Source: Gonapodya sp. JEL0774 (Eukaryota). From it: 56,813 bases of DNA. Made by a program: the position numbers and the translations under genes. The DNA lies in contig JADIIX010000143.1 of the NCBI GenBank assembly GCA_027604505.1, positions 1 to 56,813 on the forward strand, read 5' to 3'. The notes under the pieces are model-generated. The model did no database searches, was not told the origin of the DNA, and saw nothing but the letters and a program-made list of their open reading frames with translations. Shown here one piece after another: positions 1 through 11,877 of this stretch; position 1 is the stretch's first letter, and every line of letters starts with the position of its first letter.

Positions 1-2829
1 CCCCCGCATCAAACAAACAAGTGAGTCGCACAAAAGCACAAAACAGACAGTAGAATATTTGCGAGCTTTATGGTGTGGTGGGAGTGAAAACTCGCCCTGG
101 TCCACGTGCCTCACACACAGTTCGACCAATTATTAGCAGCATTGTCCAACACGACACCATCAAGGCTTCTAATTTTATTTTAGTTTACTTGTTTTATTTT
201 TTTGTTGTGTAACTCCCAGCGTCTCCTTTTTTCTCTTTGCTGTTCCCGTTTGTTTGTTTGTTTTTCTTACCATCCTCAATATCACCCCAGTCCACTGTCC
301 ACAACCTGGCCGCCGCACCGTACGTATCCTTTCCACTCGTGGGGGCGGAAAAGACCGAGGCGCGAACGGAACGGAAGCGTAAACAACGGCGTCACAGCGG
401 CGAAATGGGGGACAGGAGATTCGTTCGATGAGAGTGATCATTGGTACAGTTGAACAATACACGATCGCAATCGTGCATACTAGTCCCTTCGAAAGCCGAC
501 CGAGAATGGATTGCAGCCCCAAGAGATCGACTATTCAACGACTTACGACCATGAGCATTTCAGTGACGTGATTTTCAAGTTCAATACTCTGGTCTCAGTC
601 TGTGCATTTTGCTGAACTGCTCAGCGAATTCTGATGCTACGAAGGAGAACTTCTGGTGATCCGATCTCCTTCGACGGTGATCCAGATCCATATATAGCGT
701 TGAACATTCTCTACAATGTTAATCGGGTCCACTTTACCCTTGCAGTGCATCGACATTGTGTGGAATCAGTCGATACATCTCTCAATACCCCATGAGCAGG
801 CAGCTGCAATTACTGTCGTTGCAAACATCTCATCACCCTCCCAACTCCGCACAGCGATTTCCACACCACATGGTGCATAGACCACCAGCTAGCTTTGCGT
901 GAGATAATATAAGTATGCTTCGGCGGTGCAGCCTGCGTACAACTTTGCACCGGGTCGAATACACATCGAATCAATATCCTTGTTCATTTTGATCACGTCC
1001 CACCAATCACCATGACGCTACGCGGCTCCCTGCTACACATAGACGTACTTCGTCACAATACTGCCTTTGGACAAAACGAACAATACAATATGCCTGCCGA
1101 TGAATATCACCGGCGGGGGGTCGACCGCGGCAGACGTACGGACCGCCAAAGAAAAACACGTATCCAGCGTGCACCCATGGGACCACACGACTTCACAAGT
1201 CCGTGAAATTAATTGAAGATAGTGGGTCCACTGGAATGGTCGCTGATTGGTGCCATGTGCAGGTCCGGGAGAGCGCGCGTCCCAGGCGTACACCCAGGCC
1301 AACAACAAAACAGCACTACGTCGACGACACGTCACCACAGGAAATTCGACTCCATTGCAAACCACCAGCACATACTCCTTCACATACAATCCGGTACGTG
1401 AGCTGCAGCTCAGTTTGACGTGTTCGTTACCGCCACTGATCAGCATCAAACATGAAGGGAACCCTGCAGACAACTACTCCCTTTATGGTGACTCTCCTAA
1501 ACACTTATCACCACCCGCCGGAGATGTGGATAGGCATCAACAGCCCTGCTTTACCTGGTTGATGGACAACCACCTTCATGGATCCCGGATCCATCGAGAG
1601 CGCGGCTGGTGGGAAGGAGTCGGGGAGGCGTGCGTGCAGAGGACGCGAACGGGGGCGCAACGTACTCCGCGTCGTCGACCGTGAGTGTCACAAAGTACGA
1701 TCGACAGACGGACCGGTCAGTGCTTCTTTTCGCGGGGTTTTCTCATCCGCGCCAACCAGTCTGTCATCCCCTTTCATTTCGCGCTCCAACCTTCCAACCG
1801 CATACCCCTACCCCTCGCCACCATCGCATCCATTGTGGAGCTCCTGGCAGCGCAAGAGGTACTGATCGATCACGACAGCCGTCACTGTCACTGCTTCCTC
1901 CACCGAACCACCCCGCCATCGCCGGTACTCCACAGCGGCCCGAATGCATCTCCATCCCGAGATAGTAGAGCAGGTGGGCTGGGGGGATCATCCGAGCCCC
2001 GAGCAGCTCTCGCGTGGAGAGTCGGTAGTCGGTCTCAGTCTCTGGACATGCGATCACCGTCGTGGATCAACAGCGGGAGAACAAGTTCGGGATCTCGAGG
2101 GTACGGGGTACTCTCAAACGGAAGCGGATATATATCTTCACCCTGCAGGACCTTTTGTCTGGGGCCAGGTAGTGCACCGCGAGGGATTGGTGGACCGTCG
2201 TGAAGTCGTTGCGTTGCCCCTGCCCTTCCTTGAGCAGGAACAGCACAGGTTTATGTCGGTCACCGCCAGCCAACCTCACCACGGGGAGAGACAGCGGGCT
2301 GTTTCCTCCAATGATACCAACTCATATTTTCTGCCTTACGTCGTTACGTCTCTTCGCGCTATTGATGCACGGCGACCACTCACGCACGACGATCTGGCTA
2401 GTTTTTGATTGTATGACACAATCATGGTGGAGCACCATGCCACCACGGCACCACCTTCAACTTTCCATGCTCAGTTACCCCAGCGGAAGCATCTCCGTGC
2501 CCTTCTCACATTCCGGAAATGATCCACTCCAACTCAGCCGTGACGGAACAACGATCCTCGTCTCCCCAGTCGGCCGGGCCCGTGGCGGAGAGAATGTGTG
2601 TCTCGGTCAAGGACGGCGGCAAGGTGAAGATGGAGCTGCATCGGAAGAAGGTGACGACGGCGAACCGCAAGGAACTCATGGGGACGCCGGGAAGGGACGA
2701 GTGTCAGATTCAACAGGGATGGGGAGTACAAGATGGTGCGTGCGGTTCGACCATATGAGAATGATGATGACGTTGGACACGTGCTCTCACCATCGCACTC
2801 CACTGTTTGATGCATATCATGAATTCCCG

Positions 2830-3400
2830 CTGATTGTCAAGACGAAAATGAGCGGCACGCATTGGTACATCTCCTACGCACCAGGGACGTTGGAACATAT
2901 GAGAGCAGATCCATCGGGGGTCCTGCCTCGAGTCGAACTGGTATGTGCTCTCGGTTGCAAGCATTCGAACTTTTCTGCACCCAGAGAAATCACGATTTCA
3001 ACTCATTCCATCATATATTTAAACCTTATCACCAGACCGTATTCTATAACTCCATCGAACTCATCCTCGCCGCATAACTCAAACCCTCCGCGTAGACTCA
3101 CCGATCTCCGCGTCGCCACTTTCATCTCCCAACCTGTCGAGCCCTTGGAATCGTGGCGTCCATCAGAATGGACCGGGATCGAGCCGTACGGACAATCCAA
3201 GGTGTCCTTCAACACCCACAACGTGGGTCTCATCGTCCAAGCCCAGCGGGTCCCACTGGACAATCCGATGTAAAAAAGATCGTTCAAACCTGGATCAGGA
3301 AGAACGTGATTCGAGGGAGGGCGTCGTCGCGTGGGAATGGGTTTGCTCAGGAGATCTTCCAGTGTGGCGAGAGCGGTTGCGGTGAGCGTCGGTCGGATCC
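2830..3400 (+). pseudogene. Frameshifted paralog of the C-terminal domain of the 4622-6142 gene
   Basis: WYISYAPGTLEHMRADPSGVLPRVEL, intron 2941-3035, then TVFYNSIELILAA* aligns with WSVTYSPGKHENLRYDPNGLLPRIEL, intron, TIFYNSIQLFLVAA in the downstream gene. Stops and frameshifts at about 3075 and 3271. Ends approximate. Confidence 0.7.
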
Positions 3401-4621
3401 TGATGAGGCGGGACGAGGACGACGCTGTACTAACCCTTACAACAACCAACAACCGATAGCGTCTGGAGGCTTATTCTTACAACCCGTGACCAGTTCAAGG
3501 ACTCGATAGCAGGTACTATCTATATAAATTGTGGTTGACGGTGTAAAGTTCTAGTATTCGTCCTGATTGGATGCAATCTTGGACCTTGGCGGTCGATAAG
3601 TCATCCTGTAAAATCTACTTTGAATCACGATACATGTGGATACAAATATGCATCAAAAGTTAGATTTGTTCGTGATCAAAAAAAGCCCACCCATCATCTT
3701 ACAGTGCATGTGCATGCATTTGTCAAACTAGTACCGTGCAGCGACATATTGGTACGGTAACCAATTGAAGGAATACATTGAGATACCGTCTATTTCTTTG
3801 CCGCATCAACGAGTTTGGAGTCTCTGGTAAAGTGCACATTATAATATGTATGCACCGGCATCAGGACCCTTGACGAGCGGCGAATCCGAAAAAGGTTATC
3901 AGTTGATCGATCCTGAGTTGGTGAGTCCCGATTGTAGAAGCACGTCCATTCCCTCGCATGCGATGAGTTGTAGGCTCATGTGATTCGGACTTGTATTTGT
4001 CTGCGTATATGTATGCGTTGATTTCCTGCCGGTCTTGAGGCGCTCGGTCCTGCCGCCCTGGATAGAATACCGTGCTGCACCCTCACAGTTCCATGTCGAC
4101 GGAGTCGACCTCTGTTCCGGAACTGCAACCATGACGTCCTCGCTCAAAATGCATTCTGTATTGACGCAAGAACTCCGTGGATGTAAAGGAAAGAACTTTC
4201 GTCAAGTTTGATCGTCCGTGAACTTCCACAGCACGTTCGACGCAACTGTGCGCAAAAAGACAATGCAAAAACAATTCGGAAAAGGATGTGGGAATAACAT
4301 GCCCGAATTTTTGTAGCGAAACCCTCGAAGTGGCCCAGTGTCTAAAATTATATATGTGGGTGTGCCTGCCTCAAGGTCACGGATTGCCGGTGTCTCTTTC
4401 GCCTTCCATGCTCGGCCCAGGCAGCTCAGCGCTGCCATTAGAGGATTCTAAGCCGGACCAAGCTAGCTTGATGGAGGGACCCTGCGACAATCTGGGCATG
4501 GCGAGTGATTCATCGCGGGTGTGTGGCTGACAGGTTCTTCCGCTGCACCCAAGTTTGTCCATTTTAACCACGATGCATTCCGATTGTCTTCAAGAATTCC
4601 GGACTGGGATCGCCTGACACC

Positions 4622-6142
4622 GTGGTTGCGGTCGCCGAATACCTGGCCGCGCACGAGCTCGAGGGACAGGAAGGCGGTGTTGACACAATCACGATACGGC
4701 CAACTCCTTCTCTCCCAGATGGATCCTCAGGCGGCGGCTCAGACAACATACCAACTCTTCTGCGCTATCGCCCGAATGTGGAGAATCTGCGAACAGAGCT
4801 GGAACAAATGCACCTTGGGTCGGAAGCAAAAGGTCGAGGCACACGCTCTCTTCCCGACGATTCTTGCCCCCGCCCCCCAATCACCCGACACATGTCTGCA
4901 TTTTCCGAGAATGGACGGTACCATGACGATTACTGGACCGAGATATCTGCAAGAGTCAGGACGGGTGGTCTGAGCGATACTGCAACTAGGCAACAGTTCG
5001 GACACATGTCCTACCCTCGAGCAACATTTCCAGGCCGTTCCAACGCCGACTTCTCTATACCACTGATTATTGAGGACTTTGATCCAGTCGACGGTGTGCG
5101 CATTCCAGAACGCCCATTTTCTGCTCCGGAATCAAGCGCTGCGTACAGCACCGAGCAACCTCAACCGCTCGCGATATCCTACGATGACCTCACCAAATTT
5201 CGTCCTTACATATCCGCTGATGTGCTTGATTCCGACCGCCTTTCCGTCCTGAGCTACCCCGGTAGCAGCTTCATACCTCCGCCTCAAACCACCTCGCTCT
5301 CGGACCTGAAGCCGCCTTTACCACCCTCAGCGTCTGCCGTGGACAATATTCGAGTAGCAGATAAGGAGCTGGGTGAACTTGATTTTCGATTAGAATGGAA
5401 GAGTGCTGCGGACTCGACGTATAAGGATCTCATGGGGATGCTTGGAACAGACGCATGCCGCATACAGCGTGGGTGGGAGTACAAAAGGGTAAGCTTCAAA
5501 TCAAAATCAACATTCTAAACAAGGTTTATAAGGCTCTTTTCCTGTGGCACACTTTTGCGCCACCTTTATCGTATTAACAGAAGGATCTGGATTCACTCCA
5601 ATGGAGCGTGACGTATTCTCCTGGAAAACACGAAAATCTTCGATATGATCCAAACGGCCTCCTGCCTCGAATAGAACTTGTGAGAGCCAACTTCCTTTCT
5701 TAACAGCGGGTGGCGGTAAAACTCAGCGTAATTTTTGTTCTCGTTTCGTTCTTAGACGATCTTCTACAACTCGATCCAACTTTTTCTCGTTGCCGCGCAA
5801 ACTCTCCCTCGCAAAATCCCAAACATCCGGGTTCCAACTTTCAGCGCCGAGTTTGTAGAGCCTCTTCGTGTGGCTACGGAATGGGCTGAAATCGAGACCC
5901 AGGGCGCTTCGGGAATGAACAACACCGTGCATCTGTGTCTGGTGGTACGTGCCCAAGGGGATCCACTCAACGAACGATGCAAGAACTATTTGGAAACATG
6001 GACGAGGCACGAGTACGCGAAGATCAGATCCTCTCAGCGAGGTTTCCTCGGACGTGCGGCTAAAGTTCTTACTCAGAGAATACAGGGAAGGGTGGAGAGA
6101 GGTCAGGCTTCCAACCTCGACGAATCGTGGGAGATCAAATAA
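4622..6142 (+). CDS. Hypothetical protein with a Ser/Pro-rich region and an unassigned C-terminal domain; 5' end uncertain and probably further upstream
   Basis: 298-aa ORF joined in frame through GT-AG introns 5489-5580 and 5680-5755 to the ORF ending at TAA 6142. A paralogous relic lies upstream. Confidence 0.65.
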
Positions 6143-7071
6143 CCCAGCCACCAGTATTGGTACTGGGTGCAATTGTTGGACTTTGGAGCTGTCGAGCGAT
6201 CGGAAGTCTATTGTTAGGCATTGGGTCATTGTTGACCAGATTCATAATGGTCGTTGCACTGCGCGTCTGATGCCATTCCAATACCCCCGGTATGGCTTAA
6301 TTATCTGAGCAGTTATAACGTTTTGAAAGAATAATTGATGTATAAACTGGCACTTCAATTATACCGTAAATATTAAACCTTCGAGACAGTCCAGATATTT
6401 CTCCCATTTGCCTGTGCTCGAAACTTGCATGCAGGTGAGTGCTACTTGTCAATGTCCATTCCCGAAAAGCCGTCGGTTGTGCGGACCATGGCAATCTAAT
6501 TCAACCGCAACCGCTGTTTTGAGATTGTCAAACGGCAGAGTAAAGTCTCTCTCACGCAAACACAACCCCGACGTATAGGCGCCGTGTGCAAGTTTTGAGC
6601 TACAGTTTCAAAAGATCCTCAATGGCCGTCCGAATTTACCAGCAGGAATACCAGCAGGAATTCGATGTTCTTCCAATTGATGTGTCCAGTTGTGGCGCAA
6701 TAAATGAGCTGACGTCCCTGATGGTTGGACCAACGGACTAAATTTAAACATAATTTCCATTTTTAGTTTGAGGGAAAGGGGGAATGGGCAACAGGGACTC
6801 CAATTCAAACTAAGCGCTGTTCCGAACCCGTCGTCGGTCATCAGAAAGAAGCATTCGCTACAAAGATAAGTTTTCCAATACAACGGCCTATGTTTTTCTA
6901 GTGGGGCGTTAGGGTCACTTTGCTTTTTCTTGTGTGTGGGTGCAGGGACGAGGCCGCTTGACCTGACTGAGGTAAACAATCAAACAGCCACCAAACTCTT
7001 GAGGGGATTTCGAAGTTTCACGGTACACGTTGAAACGACGCCAATTTCGCTCAAAAGTGCACGGAAGATCG

Positions 7072-9241
7072 ATGCCGGGGCTTCCTTCGCCGTTCGCGGG
7101 AGCGCGAGCTTTGACCCTTCTGGCTTCCATCGCGGCATTGTCAGCATCGTCCGTCCTCGCTCAGAGCTCGGATACCGCAGGAACAGCATCTTCACTTGCA
7201 GGAACGTCGGCGGTGACCGCTGCAACCTCTGGTTCACCACAACCTTCGGCCTCTTCGTCGGTTGCACCGACCGTCACCGCCACGGCTTCGGGGTCACAGA
7301 TTGCGTCATCGGCCACTGACTTAACGGCTTCGGTATCCGCATCGGCATCGGCATCGGCATCTATATCTGGGTCTGCCAGTGTCACTGGATCCGTGTCCAG
7401 GTCTGCCTCGTCTTCGGTACCTGTATCAACAACCAGGTCTTCCTCTTCGCTTCTTGTTTCATCTTCGTCCCTACCGTCATCCTTGTCCTCCTCTACCTCG
7501 GTCTCACCGTCAGCTGCTGCGGTGGCTCCTCCAGCAGCTGACTCGAATGGCTCAGATGGTCTGCTTTTCGGAAAATTCACCCTACCTGTGTTCATCGCCA
7601 TTTGCGCTGGTGGGGGGGTATTTATTATTGGTGTCATCATTATTATATTTGCGAGAAGGAGGACCAAGAAGCACAAAGACGAAGTGCCCTTGAAGAAGCC
7701 GAGCGCCAAACTGCCTCGACCCAACCAACAGGCAAGTTGTCCCAAGGGACGACGACTCAGTGTGACAAGACGTGTTGTGTTCTGTTACAAACTCACTTTG
7801 GATGACTTCTTCTTCCGTTTTTATCTTATATGTTCATTCAGTCGATGTCCACATCCTACGCCCCGAGCCAGTCTTCGGAGCAGTACAATACGAACAGCAC
7901 TCGCTACAACCCCCCCATGTCTCCGGCTGCTCTGCCTCCAACAGATTATGCCTCCACTATATCTTCCTCATCAGCTTCTTACTATAACCAATCTGGGTTT
8001 TCCCCGGTTCCTTACACACCACCTCCCGGTGCAATGCCGGGCAGTGGTCCTCGCGGATCCGTTTTCGATCAAGTAGATTCGCGTCGTGCACGTCAAGCGA
8101 ACGTCTACGGTGCCCAGACGCCAGATTCTGATTTCACCGGCATGTACGCCCAATCTCCGTACCCAGGGAGTTCTGGCCAAATTGCTACTGGTATAACTTC
8201 GCGATCGCCTTACACGCGCTCAAGGCATCTCACTCAGTCCTTACCCATCAGGCGCGTCTCCAACCCCGTACCAAAATTATCCGGCCTCTGGCAGTGCTGC
8301 CTCCATAGCCTCCAATCCTATGTCACCCACCCTCTCTGGCATGTACGTCACTACTGGTTCCGGTTCCCTTACGAATGGTTCGATTCAGCAACAATCGGGC
8401 TCACCGACGCTTTCGGGTGGCGTCCGGTCCTCCACTGGATCGCCCGCAGTAACTTATATGTGGCCTCCCGCCTCGCCACCGTCTTCTCCTCCCAACATGA
8501 CATCCGGCCACCATCAAACTCCATCAGGCGGCTACAAAACCGGTTCTGGCACTATTGGTGCCACAAGCGCCAAACCGCCATCTGTCACCTTGGGTGTTGG
8601 ATCAAACACGTACAATCGTACGCCTTCGGGGTCCCTCTCTACCATGCCGCTGCTCACCCCCAAGCCCTCTTCCAACTCACTTTCCAACTCTCAAGGCCCA
8701 ACTTCCCCAACCAGCCCGTCCGCCGCCACGGCACCGTTGCTTACAGGGAGTCACCGCCTCGCACCACCGAGAAGGAGCTCCGCTCTCTACGGGGTGAGCG
8801 ATACGGAATGGAGCGACTCGGAAGGAGCGGGTGGGGGATACAGTAGCGCAGGCTCTGGATCGGGCAGAGTGAAACTGGACGTGGCGAGAGTGCTGGCGGC
8901 GTACGAGGTGGGTTCTGGATTGTGCTTTGCTTTGACTCGGACCATGTTTGGCGTCCGCTTGCTGAATCAAGCTTCTTTGCTGGAACTTAGCCCCAATTCC
9001 AAGGTGATCTTCGCCTTGTTCCACAGGCCAAAATCCAGGTGTTGGACCGATACGGTGACGGGTGAGCGCATGAATTGTGCCCTTCGTTTCTCAAGTTCGG
9101 TCAATTATCTGAACACTATACTCTTGCCGTACCAATGACAGCTGGGCGCGTGGTGTTGACATTGCGACTGGTGACGAAGGGGTGTTTCCTGAGGCTTACG
9201 TGACCAAAAGGAAGCTCCGCCAGCCAAGAGGAAGCGCGTAG
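7072..9241 (+). CDS. Single-pass membrane protein: signal peptide, Ser/Thr-rich ectodomain, TM helix, Tyr/Pro-rich tail, C-terminal SH3
   Basis: Signal-like MPGLP...SSVLAQ; TM VFIAICAGGGVFIIGVIIIIF followed by RRRTKK. Introns 7732-7841 (GC-AG), 8191-8251, about 8908-8989 and 9062-9141 give the SH3 ARVLAAYEPQFQGDLRL..IQVLDRYGDGWARG...GDEGVFPEAYV. Confidence 0.85.
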
Positions 9242-9838
9242 AACAGCCCCGACCATGTGAGAGGAGCTGTTAGGATGCTCGCAATTGATACTGGAGGACA
9301 CGGGAGCTTGACTCAGTTTGGACTTGGTCTCTGGTGGTGTTGCAGTCACCGGTTGGTGTGACAGTCGGAGTTTGTGGAACGGACCACGTAGACGGAGCAC
9401 AGTGGACATTTTACTTCTACTTCTCTCATGGTCTGGTCAGATTTTCGTGTTTCATGGGACGTAATTCCTGGGGATTTCGCACGTGCATGGTCTCGGCAAC
9501 GTTAACTGGCCAACTATTTGGTTTGCAGTGGGTACTTTATTACATAATAGTAAGAACGGAATGTATTATCCCATCATGTACGTTGTGACTTGGGGATAAT
9601 AACTAACTTAATCCTGCACAAAGATAATGCGATTCCAAACTTGCCGTGTTTTTCGTTGTTGATTGGCCGGTGTTCAGGACCCGTGAACGGTGATCATCAT
9701 CATGGCGAGTGACCGCTCTCCAACAATTTTACACATCAGCTCTCCGCAATTTGATACTCGGTGACTCAGTCAGTACACATTCAACCCGATTTGGTTTGAG
9801 AAACGAATCAATTGCAAACTCCTTGGCTTAATTAAGCT

Positions 9839-11650
9839 ATGTCGACTGTCCGATCCTCCTCCCCAATCCCTTCGTTTCGCCTCCTGGACCTACCTGCCCC
9901 CATTCTTTTGCGCATTTCCATCCGCTGGACTGATCACCGCCTTGGGCTTCCCACACCAGCGCTTTCCCGTTTCTTGGCACGTCTGTTTGGCAGCACCGTC
10001 ACTCTCACTCTCCGCGCTTCTCGGCGTTCAGGATCTCCAGGCGCTGCTCTTCGTGAAGAGTGCCAACGTGACGTCGTGGATTGTGACGTTGTAAAGCAGC
10101 TGCTAAGGTTCCGCAGTATCCGCCGTCACCTACCCGCTGCCCTCCTTCACACTGTGGAGCGGGGACTCTTGGATGCCGTAGCCTTGCTCGGAGGGCGGGC
10201 TGGGGCGAAGGTGCTAGAGGATGCCATGGGGATGGCCGCAAGGCGCGGATACCATGACATATTCATCCTGCTTTGGCAGTTCCACGATGGCAGAGTCATT
10301 CAGGAGGGACCCCGAACTTCTACCAAGGACGACGACTCCCGCTTCCCTTACAATCTTCTTGAAAATGCCGTGGAGACACTGCCAATCCTCAATATTCTCC
10401 TGGGACGTTGTCTGGTCAATGACAATCCTGGGTTCAGCCAAAAAGATTTCAACTTTGCGTTCGAGCGCACTTGCGCAACTTCAAATCTCGCTGCCATGTC
10501 TGCGCTCTTGCAATTGCGCACTCAATTGATGGATAGAGGTGTGAGAGTGCGTCACATCAAATTTCAGGAACATCTGGAGCATAGTATCTTCGGTAATAAC
10601 ATTGACCTGGCGCAATATCTTTTGGATAATGGTGCTAGTCCCAACGATTCGATTGACGGATATCGCTACCCTCTCGAGACTGCGATACAGCACGGAAATC
10701 TTGCTATCTTCAACCTTTTCATGCGATACGGAGCCACGATACCTCCTCATCGTCCCAGTCCATTGCATCTCGCCGCATCCGCAGGGCATGTTCAAATTGT
10801 GGAAGCGCTCCTAGATGCGGGTGCAAATGTCGATTCCATAAGCCTTACAAACAGTGATGATTTCGTGGGCGGTCGGTTTACAACAGACACTCCCTTGACT
10901 GTTGCCATAACACAGGGCGAATTGGACGTTGCGCGATTGCTACTTGCACGAGGAGCTGATGTTCTCTTACCGGTGATCTCTTCTGGACCAGAATGGCCGA
11001 CTTCTCCAATTGTCATCGCCGCGAGGCGCCATGAACTAGCTTTTGTTCAACTCCTCTGCGACCACCTTCAGAAATCTGAAAAGACTTTTGACATTAATCT
11101 GAAGTCTGCCCGCGAGCAGGCGATTCACGACGCCCTCGCGGCAGGTGCGTGCGTTGGATCCAAATCGATTGTGGAATTCTTACTTAGCCGTGGTGCAAAC
11201 CCAAACCTTGGACGCTACTTTGGCGAGTCAGCGCTCACTGGAGCGTCCAAGCAGTGGGGAGTGTCCATTGTTCAAATTCTCCTGAAGCACGGGGCGGAGG
11301 TCTCAATCGACAACAATGGTCCTCTTCGAGCGGCGTTCAGTTCCCAAGTCGGATACGGAGATACCATTGTCCAGTTATTGGACTCGGGAGCTCAAGTGCG
11401 CGCTGTTGAGCTTGAAACGATTGCGGGGAAATTTCGGCCGTATCAAATGCCATTCGACAGGGCGCGATACGTCCAAATGCTAGAGGACATAATCCAACGA
11501 TTGGATGTTGACTTCTGCAGGCAACTACTGCCACATATCCACCAGTATGACAAAACAGCGTTAGGGCAGCTACAACGGCGAATCGACAGTGATAACTCAG
11601 CGATTTGCGTATATGACAACTTATCGATGAGCCGAGGGGGGAATGAGTAG
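9839..11650 (+). CDS. Ankyrin-repeat protein with an N-terminal F-box-like motif, intronless, 603 aa
   Basis: FRLLDLPAPILLRI at the N-terminus; ankyrin repeats such as SPLHLAASAGHVQIVEALLDAGANVD and TPLTVAITQGELDVARLLLARGADV. Confidence 0.9.
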   Translation: MSTVRSSSPIPSFRLLDLPAPILLRISIRWTDHRLGLPTPALSRFLARLFGSTVTLTLRASRRSGSPGAALREECQRDVVDCDVVKQLLRFRSIRRHLPAALLHTVERGLLDAVALLGGRAGAKVLEDAMGMAARRGYHDIFILLWQFHDGRVIQEGPRTSTKDDDSRFPYNLLENAVETLPILNILLGRCLVNDNPGFSQKDFNFAFERTCATSNLAAMSALLQLRTQLMDRGVRVRHIKFQEHLEHSIFGNNIDLAQYLLDNGASPNDSIDGYRYPLETAIQHGNLAIFNLFMRYGATIPPHRPSPLHLAASAGHVQIVEALLDAGANVDSISLTNSDDFVGGRFTTDTPLTVAITQGELDVARLLLARGADVLLPVISSGPEWPTSPIVIAARRHELAFVQLLCDHLQKSEKTFDINLKSAREQAIHDALAAGACVGSKSIVEFLLSRGANPNLGRYFGESALTGASKQWGVSIVQILLKHGAEVSIDNNGPLRAAFSSQVGYGDTIVQLLDSGAQVRAVELETIAGKFRPYQMPFDRARYVQMLEDIIQRLDVDFCRQLLPHIHQYDKTALGQLQRRIDSDNSAICVYDNLSMSRGGNE

Positions 11651-11877
11651 TGTTCTTCTGATAACCTAATATTCATGGATCTTCACGTAATATACTTGTA
11701 AAACAGCTTACAATTCTCACAATCTTCGGGTGACTACCAAAATGAGCGGCAAAAACCACACCAAATTCGAAGACAGAGTGGATTTGGATACTATTGCGGA
11801 CAAAACCTTTGGAGATCCTTTCTTGGTTCCCTTTGATGATCTTCTCAATAACCCATTTCGCCTCATCTGCGTCTCTG

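Noticed and set aside
175..1500. Short ORFs and GTTT/AAAC simple repeats at the window start
   Set aside because: No recognisable domain or consistent splice structure; low complexity.
2067..2282. PVLFL.K as a Ty3/gypsy reverse transcriptase motif
   Set aside because: No following DYR.LN, MPFG or YxDD motif, and no LTRs.
2200..3273. 357-aa ORF as one real gene
   Set aside because: It reads through an intron and mixes frames of a pseudogene relic; only parts are homologous to the downstream gene.
7161..7745. Long antisense ORFs (also 47406-48098, 53301-53891, 25310-25846)
   Set aside because: They are shadows of low-complexity or GC-rich coding sequence on the opposite strand.
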